Of a stretch of DNA of 64,000 nucleotides, positions 1 through 12,841 are shown piece after piece. The position numbers and the translations under genes were made by a program. Within the stretch, counting starts at the first letter, position 1; each line of letters begins with the position of its first letter. Under the pieces are notes generated by a model. That model did not search any database. It was not told the DNA's origin and saw only the letters and a list, made by a program, of their open reading frames with translations. The stretch is from Lepidodermella squamata. Taxonomy: Eukaryota; Animalia; Gastrotricha. The stretch lies in contig JBLDXI010000031.1 in assembly GCA_047495785.1 (NCBI GenBank), positions 1,488,001 through 1,552,000 on the forward strand, in the 5' to 3' direction.

Positions 1-1462
1 GTACATGGGACCAGGTGGATCTCGGCTTGTGCTTTCTATGCCAGTTTGCTGAAAGGCTTGTTTTGAAACTACCAGCTCTTCCTGCTCAATTAGTCACGAA
101 AACTCGAGGCAGTTTTGAATGTCTACTCGCAGCGGCTTGCGAGTTCAACTGTGAGAACTTGGTTGGTCTCCTCTTAGAACGAGGCACTGATCCTAATTGT
201 TCCTTCACGAGTTCAGGCGAGAACGTGTTGATAGCTGCTTCGAGGCGAGGTCAAAGGTCTTTGATTAAAATGTTGATGAAACGCGGCGCTTCGCCGAATT
301 TCGCAACGAGTGGCGCCATGCAAACTGCGCTGCACTTGGCGTCTCGGTATGGGCATGAGGAAGTGGTCAGGACGCTGTATCAGAATGGAGCGACGGTCGA
401 TGTGAAGAACAAGTGGCTCGAGACGCCGTTGATGCTGGCATGTGAGAACGGACATCGCAATGTTGTCAGCCTACTGCTAAAGAAAGGTAAAGCCTAATTC
501 CGAACGAATTGTACCTCTTTAGCAAGAGACCCCGTTTCCCTGAAAATTAGAGATCTTGAAGGAATCTTCCTGTAAGGAGGCTTATCCATTTCCAAGAAGT
601 TTCCAAGGAAAAATTTTAGAATTCTGCTTTAACAGGTGCTTCAGCAGCTAATTCAAACGTCAACCTATGGAACGATTGCGCTCTCACTTTAGCGATCAAA
701 AACGACCACGACCAAGTTGTCAAGCTCCTGTTAGAAAAGGTTGGCGTCGAAATCGGAAAATCAATCTTACCTTCTTCTAACAAAACCCCTCTCATTGTCG
801 CAATCGAACGCCGGAATGAGCCTATGGCTAGGTTGTTAGTTGAAACCACCTCTCCACCCTTCTCCGGCGAAAGGTATTGCATGAACACGCTCGTCCTTAC
901 CTCCAAGAACGATATTGACCAACTATCGAAGCTGCTAACTTTCAACGGCGATAAAATTGAATCTGATGATATTCACGTCGATTATGCTGTTCGTCTCGCG
1001 GCAACTGACGGCAATTTCTCAGCTTTCAAGCTATTTCTAGAGGCTGAAAAGGTTATGGCCTCCAAAATCTCGCCGTTAGTACCTATCATTGCTCAGCAAA
1101 TTTCGTTTTCGAGGAAATTAACCGCGGGGCATCGAGCTGTTTTAAGACTTTTATTCCGCAGAGGGGCCGATGCGGATAATGTATCCGAGGAGGACGAGGC
1201 AGGAAGCTCGGCTCTGATGGTGGCAGCAGGATATGGCGATGAAGAGGCTGTTCGGTTGCTTCTCCAAAATGGTGCGAGTGTCAATTTCCGGAATCGAAGG
1301 GGCGAAACAGCGTTGATGGCTGTTGTTCGTAGGCATAACCAGTTGCCTAATGTTGAAATTGTTGTTGATCTGTTGTTGGAACATGGCGCTGATGCGAGGA
1401 TCACGAATGACAACGGGGAATCTGCACTTGCCATCGCTAACAGAACTGTTGTTGGGCAATGA
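1..1462 (+). CDS. Ankyrin-repeat protein, 5'-partial. Exons <1..486 and 636..1462
   Basis: Several ankyrin motifs (TALHLASRYGHEEVVRTL, TPLMLACENGHRNVVSLLL, SALMVAAGYGDEEAVRLLL). GT-AG intron 487-635 joins the two ORFs in frame and restores another repeat (CALTLAIKNDHDQVVKLLL). AATAAA at ~1487. Confidence 0.9.
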
Positions 1463-2769
1463 ATCCATAATTGTCTAATTTGCGTGAATAAATTTGATAA
1501 TGGCGAGACTTTTCATTGAAGATTACAGGTATTCGAGTGTGTGAATCAATGAAGCCAGGAGTCGAAATAGTTGAATGCTGATGGGAGAGATTTTCAATAT
1601 ATATCTTGCAATATTTTCAGCAGCAGTTTTGAGCATCTTTTTATAACATGTTGTAGCTGAAGAACAGTTCTGCGTAATTATTCAAGACAACACTTTTTGC
1701 CTCAATTTTAAAATGCGTAACGCTTGGTGGCGATGACTCAGTGTCGTCTGCTTGAACAGCAGCATGCAAAAAATGGGAAAAAAGCAAATCTATTTAAAAA
1801 ATAAATAGATTTTGAAAATCGTGATCGCCTCAAAATGTTGAATTATTTGGTTCTTAAAATCCTCCAATTTCAAGTTCACGTGCCGAACCAGTCGAACATC
1901 AAACAATCTTACACAATACAGTTGCAAGCTTATTGATGGAGTAATAATCTTGTTTCTTGAAGCTTCGAGAGGTTCCCAGTTTCGGTGTGGCTGTGGTCCC
2001 TGTGATTTGGCTTGACGCATTGATTTAGAAATATTTTAGATTGCTGAAAAACCGCTGAAATAACAATCGGTTATTTGTTTTATAGTTACACAGTGTTATG
2101 TGATATGAATAAATGCACAATTGTTTTCTATTGCGCTGCATCCATCTCGCGTAATCATCCAATGTTCATTATCATTTTCAAAAAACCTTTCTCACTTAGC
2201 TTCAAAAAGCAATCCAATGTTAGGAGTTAATCATCCATCCAGAGTGACGGCGGATTTTTGTGCATTAGCGCTTTCAACTCTGCCATTTGCGATTTTGCTT
2301 CTTCTCCTTTTATACGCTTGATATGTTTCGTGCCAAAATATTCCCTTTCTATCTATTATTATGAATTTTAAAAGCTTCTTTTTAATTCTATCCACTCAAT
2401 CGAGATGTACACCTCGTCAAGTACGTCGTGGCTGAGGAAAAAACGTAATTTTCTCGAAACTTGGCTTCGTGCCACGTGTAACGGCGCTAATATGCCACAC
2501 CGCAACGGCGTGGCTCTCGGGGGCCCGAAAGTTCATGCGTGTTGACTATACTGAGCCAACTATCACTTAATATCGCGAAAACAAGCCGTCTGACGTAATT
2601 TGGCACGCGAAGCGGGCGCTGGGGGCATTTTAAGGGCGCTCGACCCTCGACTGAGTACACACCGCCTGTTTTATTCTCTCGAATTTTCATCGGATCATAT
2701 AAAACCTCAACAATTCTCCTTCTTTGATTTTAGAATCTATTTTGAAAAATCTTTAACTATTAACGGAAA

Positions 2770-2955
2770 ATGTTTGCAAGTTTCTTGCTTCTATCTACAA
2801 ACCTGATGTGGCTTACATTGCTGGCCCTTCCGCTCTCGCTTTTCGAGCGAAAGTTCCGCGGCTTCGACATTGACCTGGACCTTGAGTTTGAAGAATATCC
2901 CGAAGAAGACGAAGAGCAGCAGAATCAGTTCGAGGCGACAGTTGGTGGCAATTGA
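2770..2955 (+). CDS. Small (61 aa) protein with hydrophobic N-terminus and acidic tail; paralog of 4483..4623
   Basis: TATA-like ATATAAAA at ~2697 and AATAAA at ~3197. The N-terminal ~23 aa match the 4483 ORF. Confidence 0.55.
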   Translation: MFASFLLLSTNLMWLTLLALPLSLFERKFRGFDIDLDLEFEEYPEEDEEQQNQFEATVGGN

Positions 2956-3259
2956 GTGGTCGTACTAATGCTTTTCGTTTTGGAAACTCGACTGGCTTTC
3001 TATTGTCGTCTCAAATCCTTTGCAAACTTCGTCATTTTGTATGGAATAACCGTTGCCTGGGAGGTGCTCACGTTTGGTCAACCACCAATTATGTATCAAT
3101 ACTTTCCTGTATTATCAAATGCAAAAGCTGCGGATGCACGGATTCACCATGACTTTTTCGCTTTTTATCAATAATTGTGATTACTACAAATTTCTCAATA
3201 AAGATTCATAATGTATTTTCGAAGTATTTATTCGATGCTGAACGAATCTTCCAAGCGAT

Positions 3260-3425
3260 CAGTGTGCGAAGTAGGAACGGGGAGCTGAGGCGTTTTCTAC
3301 TTGGTTTGTAAGACCCAGCCGAAGAAACCAAAGGGTCCCCGCTGTGGCTTTTTCAGCCATCCTCTAGTTGTAGTCCCGGAGCTGGGGTGTCGCGACACCC
3401 CAGCCGCCCTGTACTTCGCACCCTG
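3260..3425. mobile_element. hAT-like MITE
   Basis: TIRs CAGTGTGCGAAGTA / TACTTCGCACCCTG. Flanking 8-mers CAAGCGAT and CATGCGAT match 7/8 as a TSD. Confidence 0.7.
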
Positions 3426-4482
3426 CATGCGATTCACTCAAAGATGTTGCTCATAGCATAATGGATAAGCCTTTCCTAACTGCTAAAGCTTCAAAACTAT
3501 AATTGTTCGAAGCTTGAATGGCTTTGAGTAAATTATGAACGATTTATAAATTTCATTGGGACTTTCCTATTCCAAAGGAAATTTATTGAGCTAATCCCAT
3601 TGTTGTAAATCGAGAGGCATTGAGCATGACAGATCAAAGTGTTTGCTCACGGTGAAAATCTAACCGCCTAGCTGACGTGAAACGTGAATAGTTTAACAGG
3701 AAGCAATGTGGCCCTGTTCATTGTTCTGCGATCCATACGATTGCAAATTCAAGCAAGCAAGAAGATTTAATCAAACTTTATCAGGTTGTTGTTAATTTGA
3801 TTTTGGCATTTGGAAAAAGATTTTATTTTAACAACCTTTGCCTCTTCGGCACTCGCGGTTCGTTAACTTTCTTGTTTTTCAATTTTCTTCTTCTTCAGTT
3901 TTTATTTCCAGATTTGTTTCTTACAGCTGATAGAGAGCTGAATCAAGAACTCTTTGACCTTCCTTGGTAACTCCATTGATACTGCAGTTTATACAAAACA
4001 TTACCATGTCGAATGGTGTGAAATCTTTATGTATGTCAACTGACAGCTTTTTTAAAGCGGAAACCATTCTTTAGTCTCCCGTGAAAGCACTCGTGAGAAA
4101 GCTGGCTTGCCTGGAACGTTAGCCAGAAAATTCTATTATTTTGAACACGAGCCAGGGAAATAATTGAAGCGCCCAGGCCAGCTGCCTACAAGGTATGCAT
4201 TACTACGCTTCGTCGTAGTAGCTATAAACACATTAACCATCCAGGCACCTGTGCTCCTTTGCCGTGTTGTAGCTAGCCGGCGAGGTGCCTCGAGCAAAAA
4301 CACTCAGCTTTTGTTATGATGATTCGTTCGTGTGATGGCGATGACGATTCGTGATGCAAGGCCACGCATGCCAAGCCTATTTAAGCGAGCCATCCTCAGG
4401 AAATTCTCACTCACAAGTTTTACCGGGCGTTTACTTTCTCGAAATCTATCAAGTTACGAAATCTACATCTCAGCTATCAACA

Positions 4483-4623
4483 ATGGCAGTCTTCGCGAGT
4501 TTGTTCCTCCTCTCAGCTAATCTGACAATGCTGACCCTGTTGACGCTGCCTCTCTCCGTTGTCAGCAAAAGCTACTTCCTCAACCACCGGTACGACGGCG
4601 AACTCGATGACGGCACGAATTGA
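4483..4623 (+). CDS. Small (46 aa) protein with hydrophobic N-terminus and acidic tail; paralog of 2770..2955
   Basis: MAVFASLFLLSANLTMLTLLTLPLS vs MFASFLLLSTNLMWLTLLALPLS. TATTTAAG at ~4378 and AATAAA at ~4818. Confidence 0.55.
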   Translation: MAVFASLFLLSANLTMLTLLTLPLSVVSKSYFLNHRYDGELDDGTN

Positions 4624-6365
4624 AGTGTTTCCCAGCAAGCCAAGATTGATTTGCAGTCAAAATACCTCTTTCCATCGTCTTCATAAGCTCGCCTGGTGAT
4701 ATGTACTACTTGGAACCGATGAAAGACCTAATTGAATATATACGCATGTTCTATGCTTTTCAACCGCGTTTCTACTCAATTCATCTCAAGTTGTCAAAAG
4801 TTTTATATTATGCAAGAAATAAATACATTTGTCTGTGAAAATTAACGCTTCTTATGTGAAAATCTAATAAGGACTGTGACAGAAGATTTTTTACCGGAAC
4901 CAAATCTACAGCGGAAGCTAATTTGTTTTGGCGGAATCAAATTTACAAATTGCGGAACAAAACTCGATAATTCCGTTAACAAATTATTTTAGAAATTTGA
5001 GGCAAAGCATGATTTCACAATTTGACACTTCTTTTTTGAAGAGTTTGCACTCAATTCGATTAATATTTATTTAGAATTCTTTTGCTCAGCCATGGCACCC
5101 TCGACTATTGAATATCCCAAATTTGGTTCCGCTCTCCGTGAAAGGCGGAATACTCTAACTCAAATTTCGAAGATGTGCGAGATTCATAAAAATTGCTCGG
5201 CAGCAAAAGCTTTTTAATCCTTTTATAATCCTTTATAATTTCTTTCAATAGAAATTCAGGATGAATTATCGATTCACTGCGTCGTTTCTCGTCGAAGAAA
5301 TTTTGAAATAAGTCATGGATATGAGTCTACATTTCGTTGTAGGCGGCCTTGATAGCAACCGTCTGTACCTTGATGGAATCGAGCAGATTAAAGCATGGGA
5401 AAGCAAAAGGTCTGGAAACCCCAGAAAGACATTGCAGGTAATGTTTATTTGCATCGATGATGAATCACAGCCACGTAATTTCTTCGTTTGCTACACTTGA
5501 TGGTGATGGTGGTGCGGTAGTGGGATCGGCATTTTTTCGCTGAATCATCAGATGGTGATGAGTGAGAAACGTTTGCAAAAACTACTGCCACAGCTAATAT
5601 GGGATTTACCAGGTAAGAATAAGGCCTATTCAACGGGGTGTAATTTGGCTAAATTCTTACGTGAAAAACAGTCCTGGGTGCGAGGTTTTACCATGAACCA
5701 TGACTGAATGATGGAAATTCAGGAGGCGATTGATAGCGATATTGGCTGTTGAGTAGTCTCAAGAACTGTTCTGCATAATAGGTTTGAATTGAAAATTTCT
5801 CATCGAAATGTTGGCTGAAAGAAACGTTTAAAAGGGACTGCATCGGCCGATGACATCCACCAATATTCAGCCAGTGCGGCCGGTTTTGGAGATTCAGAGA
5901 GCACTGCGGTTTCCGACATTTCTCTAATGAAGGCCTCTTGAGCCTTCTTGGATCGCACGGAACGCAGAAACACTTCTTGTACGATTGACGGTATGAATCA
6001 AAACCGGCCATGTACTAGAAACTTCAAGAGCGCCCTGCCACGCGCCCGAAATCCACCGCTAAAACGTTTTGATGCGCGATCAGAAATGATCCGTTTAACC
6101 GTGACCCAATATAGCTGTAACAGGTATCTGTAATGAAAAATCGTCATTCTAAAGGTTTTGTGAGTCTAACTAGCTAATTAGCTCAGGAAAATTTCAGTAA
6201 AATTTCCTATACACTCTTTCTTCTCACACCACTCGCCACTGACTCCTTATGTTGTCCTCCGGAAAATGTGCATCTGAACTTATCGTTTCCATCGCCTGTC
6301 ACCTATTTATTCTTAAATATTGATTCGGTGGACTTTCTTCCAACTTTACAACATTGCGAGAGAGC

Positions 6366-6962
6366 TCAAAGTTGACACAGTTCAAAGCAGTCATGAGGCG
6401 ATTTAAATGAATGTATCCTAGCCCCAACCTCGTCGCAGCCTCGGTCGACTGTCAAACATTGCTTTGTTCTCTTATCGTGTATGATGTAGGCTCGATTATA
6501 CTCATGAAGGCAATGCTTTCTAGGCTTCCTCTGCCGATAGTTGCATTTCTCCGAATCAGGCAGTATTTTTAGACGGCTGAAATGAACATAGGTAGGAACT
6601 GATGGAAAAACTAGCGGATAACCGTACCTCTTTACAAGTGCTATCGGAAGGCAACTAAATGCGCAATCGGTGTAGCTGGCGAAGGAATATTCTTTGATAT
6701 CGGGCGAGTCGCAGTCCATGTCAACTTCGAGGCAATAGCCATTATCCGCTCTGAAAATCATCAAACCCGCCCGGTAAGGTCTTACGCAGGCTGATTGCTG
6801 TTCAGACGGGCGGTAGCTGCATTTTTCGTCGATCGTCGCTTTGCCGTCATAATAATCCGACCTAATTTCGGATGAATACCGTGATGCTTCGCCGGGCAGT
6901 AAAATCTCCAAACCTCCAATGGAAAATATCCAGACGAGCCTTAGCAACTGCAAGGTTTCCAT
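6366..6962 (-). CDS. Secreted protein with two divergent Kunitz-like domains (L1)
   Basis: Hydrophobic N-terminus from ATG 6962. Two six-Cys modules KCxY..C..C..[GD]CD..SFxSxxDCxxxC. Clear paralog of the 12842 gene. Confidence 0.85.
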   Translation of the reverse strand: METLQLLRLVWIFSIGGLEILLPGEASRYSSEIRSDYYDGKATIDEKCSYRPSEQQSACVRPYRAGLMIFRADNGYCLEVDMDCDSPDIKEYSFASYTDCAFSCLPIALVKRYGYPLVFPSVPTYVHFSRLKILPDSEKCNYRQRKPRKHCLHEYNRAYIIHDKRTKQCLTVDRGCDEVGARIHSFKSPHDCFELCQL

Positions 6963-7574
6963 TTTCACTTTTTAAATTCCGCCTCGACTGTGTGCTGATC
7001 AGCCGTGGGTTCGTACGCGATCGGATTTAATTTACATCTGAAATGAAGTAATTTAGCTAGGCCTCAGATCAAACTTCCAAATGAGCCTTCCAAGCTGTTA
7101 CCGAACGAACGAAACTAGCACATTTGTCTATCAATAATTTAGACGCGACCAACATCAATATAACAATTAAGGTAAAATAAAAAATCAACAATACCCAATA
7201 GGAAAAGATAAAGGCTCGAGCAGAGGGTGAACAGGCGCTTGTCGTAGTCAGGGCACAGGCGACGAAATTGAGCAGGCACTTCGAAGAATTTATTACGGAA
7301 CCCGAGATTCATCTGACAAAGTAAGTAAGGGGACGACACAGAGGGGCTTGGCAAACACAGAGACGTAGGAGACAGCGGCAAGTTGAGAATATCAGGATTA
7401 GAGAGCCAGGAGAGGAATGACGGAAAGCAGAAAGCATAAAAGACACAGACGACAAGAATCTAGCATGAACGCCGAATAAAAATCCACTTCCAAGATTTAA
7501 ACCCCTCAGTTTCATAATTTTGTGCTAAATTTAACGAAAGAGATCAAACTCACGACAAGGATCTGTTTTGATAT

Positions 7575-7775
7575 CGTTAGCGACGCGCCAAAACAACCAC
7601 TTTGATGACTCATTCCATCGTACTTTAAGGAGCCAAACTTAATTATGAAGTACGTTCAGCTTTTTTGAGCACTGATCTTACTGATCGTAATTTGAATTTA
7701 CGTTTAATGGTCGAACGTACTTTCCGTAGAAAATCTATTAAATAGCAAAGTGGTTGTTTCAGCGCGTCGCTAACG
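7575..7775. mobile_element. MITE family A, copy 1
   Basis: ~29-bp TIR CGTTAGCGACGCGCCAAAACAACCACTTT, flanked by ATAT on both sides. Second copy at 39047-39223. Confidence 0.9.
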
Positions 7776-7795
7776 ATATTTTTTCTAAGTTGCCG

Positions 7796-7895
7796 TAGAG
7801 AGTGAAGTACCGCTAGGGATCATCCCTACCAGTTCCATCGGTCCGTACGCTGAGTTCAGTCAAAGACCAAAGAACCCTTATGCTGATTTTTGTTA
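7796..7895. mobile_element. Fragment of MITE family B; right boundary uncertain
   Basis: Reverse-complement similarity to 37295-37397 (TACCGCTxGGGATCAxCCCTACCA...ACCCTTATG). Confidence 0.65.
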
Positions 7896-9064
7896 CCCGA
7901 TAAGCGCTATCGATTGGTGTCATCGATTTGACCATATCTATTGCGAAACTCATGGATCTGATTTGCTTTAGACCCATGATTATTTTTGACCGCCGTTGAC
8001 ATTTATAATATTTGAAAATAAATGTAACTTTTAAATATTATAGAAATAAATAAATTGCATCCAATTGATTATCAGGTAACTTGCGGCTGAGAAAGAAGTT
8101 GTCGGAACTATGTAGAATTAGGATCTATTACTATTTGTTACCATAACAGCCCGGGCTACTAAAATTTCAACCTCGAACTTTTGGAAAATTCAAGAAATAA
8201 TGTTTGGTGGATCGTTCGTTTGTGATGATTTCGAACCGACTTGACCCCTCAACCCTGGGCCTTTCCATCAGGGATGGGCGATTATTTGTGAATGGGCTAC
8301 TATTGGAATAATTACGGTATTTCATCTCAACTCTCAACACATTGCTGTTTTGTTTTCAAATCACTTCACTTCAAACCAACAATCCTCAGCCAAGACTCAG
8401 CTTGGCTCAGCCAAATCTCTTAACATTGTTAGCGATAAATGGCGGCAAGATTGCAAATCGTTCAATGATTCATCGCGCTAATATCTGAACTAAAAAAGCA
8501 AAGCAGTATGTTCTTATACGATTGATCAATCAATGAGCTTCGAAGCTCAGCCGATTTCAGCCCAGAAAAATTGGCTTCAATGCCACCCGAGTTTTGACGT
8601 GTCCAAAAGCGCATATTTGCCCCATAAGCTCACTGTCAACCTCAGAAAAGATCTGTCTCAGTCACGGCGTTTCAAGTCAGAAACAACACCCATCAACGCT
8701 CTCAGCCTCAGCTCAACAATAGCCGACGAAGTGCTCAACGGAGAAAGATAATGACTATTAGCGAGGCGAGCGTGGTATCAGTGTCCGAACTCGAGGAGCA
8801 ACGCGGGGTATTAGCATGGAGCCGCTGACTGGTTATGACGAAATTTTGAAATTTTGAAACCTGCTCGTGCGCACCGGTCGGCACATGAACGCACTCAACA
8901 TAAACAAAGCCAGCGTAGGTGCCGTCGTTGTGAAAAATTATTAAAGAAAAAGACTGAAAGACTAGCAAAAATCCTACGCTAAGTGGCAAAACACTACGCC
9001 TACGTTAATTCTTCAAACTTTCTTTCCAGCAATTTTGAACCCCAAGTGTTATGACAACCTTAAG

Positions 9065-10728
9065 ATGATTACTCTAAGCAAGCAAATGTCTGTTCAGAGC
9101 GAGAATTATCAATCGCTCATATCGGCAGCGTACCGATTCGATGCGAGAGATAAAGGCGAACTGTCATTCTCGGCCGGTGACATGTTGGATATTTCGTTGA
9201 AGAAGGAACAAAACGGTTTCATTCTGGCGACGAATACGAAAACAGGCGAGCGAGGCTGGGCTCCGTTGAGTTACGTCTACAGCGAAAAGTCGCCCTTGTC
9301 ACCAACTTCACCGAAGCCGCCGCAACTAGGCGATTCAATAACTAGTCACAAGTACGTTTCCATTTTCTGAAACCGGCTTAAATTTTCTTGATTCTTATGC
9401 TCAGAGCATAAATGACTTAAAAACGAATTCAACCCAGTTTACATTACCCAATAGTTCTAATTAATATTTTTCATATTTTTAGATCCTTCTTCAACATCAA
9501 TCGAAGAAAATCCGAAATTTGGCTGATTCGCCCTGATGTTCCCCCTGGGACTTACTTAATCCGCCCCAGTTTTGGAAGTGGGGGTAAAAGCTTCGCGCTG
9601 TCAGTTCGAGGCCGCGATGAACGTGGTCTTCCAGCTGTGAAGCACTATAAAATCAACCTTTCCGACAACAATACTTGCTACATCTACAAGAAACGCGTTT
9701 TCAACGGCATCCGCCAACTTATTGATTTCTACTCTGCTTCAGAGGTTTTCCTTACCCAAAGCTACCCGTTTGAGACAGATTCCGTAGTTTTGGTCCCGCT
9801 GCACGAGCTACACATTCCTAGATATGAGATCAAATTGATGGATCGATTGGGCCAGGGACATTTTGGAGAAGTTTGGAAGGGCCAATTCAGGTCACTTCAT
9901 GTTGCTGTGAAGAAAACTATGGAACAAGCTACAGATAGCGATTTAGAGGTCGCAACGAAGATGCTGTTCAATGAAGCTACGATTTTATCTTCATTACGCC
10001 ACGAAAATTTGGTGAGATTAATCGCAGTCTCGAGCGAGAAGCAGATTTATTGGGTCGTGACCGAGTTAATGAACCGTGGCTCGTTACGCGACTTCCTTCA
10101 GAGCAGCGAGGGCCGTTCGAATATTCGAATTTTCCCGGATGTTATGACATTCCTGAGCCAGGTCGCGAATGGCATGCATTACCTGGTTGAGATTCAGAAA
10201 ATCTGCCATCGCGATTTAAGAGCGGCTAACATTTTGGTGCATCTTGACGACGACGAAGATTCGCTCAATTACGACATCAAAATCGCCGATTTCGGCCTGG
10301 CGAAACTTCTGGACGAAGCTGATGAGAATTTGTCGAATTCAAGCCGCGATTCTGTCCACGATCGCAACACGCGACTTCCGATTAAGTGGACATCACCCGA
10401 GGCCATATTACACGGCTGTTTTTCGGCCAAATCCGACGTTTGGTCGTTTGGAATTTTGGTTTACGAAGCGATTACTTATTGTTCAAAGGTCCCTTATGTC
10501 GGCAGAAGTGCTCAGGAGGTGATTGATTTCGTCCGAAATGGCGGCCGCATAATGCGAACTGAATGCCAGGCTGATTTTGCGGAAAAGGATGGCAATTTCA
10601 TGTCTAAATGCCCGGAGGAGTTGTACCAGACTCTTCTGAAGTGCTGGCATCGTGTGCCGGAGAAACGTCCAAGTTTTTCCGGGTTGAAAGCTACTTTCGA
10701 GCAATATGCTCGTGTTAAACCGACGTGA
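9065..10728 (+). CDS. Divergent Src-family-like tyrosine kinase (SH3-SH2-TK). Exons 9065..9351 and 9483..10728; an upstream exon is possible
   Basis: SH3 (ELSF..GD..TGERGWAPLSYV). Intron 9352-9482 restores SH2 (GTYLIRPS..FALSV..VKHYKI). Kinase motifs LGQGHFGEV, VAVK, HRDLRAAN (Src-family signature), DFG, PIKWTSPE, SDVWSFG. Confidence 0.92.
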
Positions 10729-11188
10729 TTGTAATTTTCTTGTTGTTTTTTTTCTCTTTCATCATGACTACTACCGAGTGCCATTGTTAAACGCCTTTGT
10801 TGCATGTAGCTGGGCTCTGTTGGAGTAACTTATTTTGTAGCTCAAATAGCTCTTTGCCAACCATGAAAAGCGTACAGTTTCCTTCATCACGGAGAAATAT
10901 ATAAATGAAAATAAACCTATAATATGTATTATTATGAACAAGAGTTTTTTATTCGAGTGAGCCAGCAGTAATCGCTTAATTGAAGCGAATTTAAACAATT
11001 GAAATGGGAATTTCAAGTGAAAAATTGTGAAAAACACCAGGTGATAGATTATTCCTGTTGGATGCAGACTAAGTTGAATTCAATGGATTCCAATAAGGGC
11101 TGGGCTTATTCACGTCACGCTCTTCTACCAACCCCAATGCTCCCGTGAAATCCTAACAAATAATTATCCATTTTTCGCTCAATTCAAG

Positions 11189-11915
11189 ATGCAGCCTGGT
11201 TCTATTTTACTAATTCACCTGTCATTTTTTGGTAAATCGGATGATTTTTTAAATTTTAGCCCAGCTTTACTTCTTCAAATATTTCCTCAGGTATTGTCCA
11301 AGGATTCACGTTTCAAGCTAACGTGGCCCTCCAAGCTAAGCATGACGATAACAACCCTGCCATTACGCCCGCCAATGGAATGTTTTTGCCCATCAACAAA
11401 TGCCAGTATCGGCCGCTTAGACCGTTTCTGGCCGGCGAGCGTCTGCAATGCGTTCGCGACTATGCCGCTCACTACATTTTGTTCAACCCAGAGACGAGAC
11501 GCTGCGAAGTAGTAGATTACGGCTGTGATCCCCACGGCGCTCGGATCAACTCATTTCGAACAATGCAGGCGTGCCGAAAGTGGTGCACATTATTAACAAC
11601 AAAGCCTTTACTTGAAAAACCAATTCGTCGTAAGTTTTCTGTTTTTTTCCTCTTCAGAGACTGGCGAGATACTGATTTTCAGGCGGAAATCTGGCTCCAA
11701 AGCAGAAATGTAACTACGTTGTGCCGCCGAAGAAGGGCCATTGTGTGTACATACGGTACAATAAGCCGTACATAATTCATATGTCTGGAACGCAAAAGTG
11801 TGGCGTTGTGAAGGCAGGCTGTGACGAAGCAGGTGTTAAGTTGCATTCCTTCCCATCGATATACACGTGTGAGAGGTCATGCCCTGTTCGATCCCCCACG
11901 TACACCAGTCAATAA
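11189..11915 (+). CDS. Secreted two-domain Kunitz-like protein (L2). Exons 11189..11231, 11291..11629, 11683..11915
   Basis: Two phase-1 GT-AG introns join three ORFs in frame. Signal peptide MQPGSILLIHLSFFGIVQG. Two six-Cys modules with GCD and SF motifs. Confidence 0.88.
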
Positions 11916-12089
11916 AATGATTGCATAACGAGACTTTTTTGGCTATTTTTGCTTTCATAGTTTGCCATTTTTCGAAAATGGTTCGAAAAGGTCTGCAGAC
12001 ATAATTTTCACACTTCATTCTGGATATATCATAAATACAGGTAGTCGATCTTATCCCTTTTGAGCATTTTCAGTTCGAGATTTGGTGCG

Positions 12090-12623
12090 GGGTCCCAAAC
12101 AAAGCAGAAGGCTTCAAAGCGGGGTCCTCCCAGAGGGCGCTCAGGCTTAGCCTCAATCAATAGACTAACATGATGTTCAGCTATTCTAGCTTTTCACACA
12201 AAAATTGAGCGACAAAAGTCATGAAACCCTTAATGAAACCATAGTGAAAAAGCGGGTTTTGTATCGTAAAATCTTATTCCACGTGAAAGAACAGCTCGCG
12301 TTCTATATGCATGCAAAATTTGGTAAAAACGGAGATATCTGTTTTGAGAAGTTCAACTTTGAATACACATTAAGACTTTGAAATTTTGGCTTGAGTGCAT
12401 ACTCGGGTCATTTTTTTCTCTATGCCTCAATTCGGTCAAAAAAGTCAGTCGTTTTTTGGAAATTTACCGAAATTCATAAGCCGGGCTCTTTGAGTTATGA
12501 TGAGCCCATATTCAGAAAACTACGCGGGATTTTATAGTAATTAAATCGATTTATTGCTGCATGGCGTTTGCACCGCTTTTGGGGTTTATCCTGCTTTGAA
12601 GTCTTCCGCTTTGTGGGGGACCC
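12090..12623. mobile_element. Non-autonomous TIR element (MITE)
   Basis: ~31-bp imperfect TIRs GGGTCCCAAACAAAGCAGAAGGCTTCAAAGC / GCTTTGAAGTCTTCCGCTTTGTGGGGGACCC. GTTCGAGATTT is repeated near both flanks. Confidence 0.7.
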
Positions 12624-12841
12624 TTGGTTCGAGATTTCAGCTCGAAAAACTTGTTTAGCAAACTTTAAACCCTTTCACTGCCGCTTGCAGTTCCTTCCAT
12701 GCTCGGAATTCGGAATACGTTTTTCCTAGTCTGATACCGCTATCCCATTTTGCTTTAATTGAATTCAAGTCATGCTGCTGGTCGACGTGAATACTTCCAT
12801 ACAAACTTCCATAAAACTTTGCTCACAGTTTACTCCAGAAA

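Noticed and set aside
8533-8751. ORF as the N-terminal exon of the kinase
   Set aside because: No myristoylation motif, and no convincing in-frame donor to the 9029 acceptor was found.
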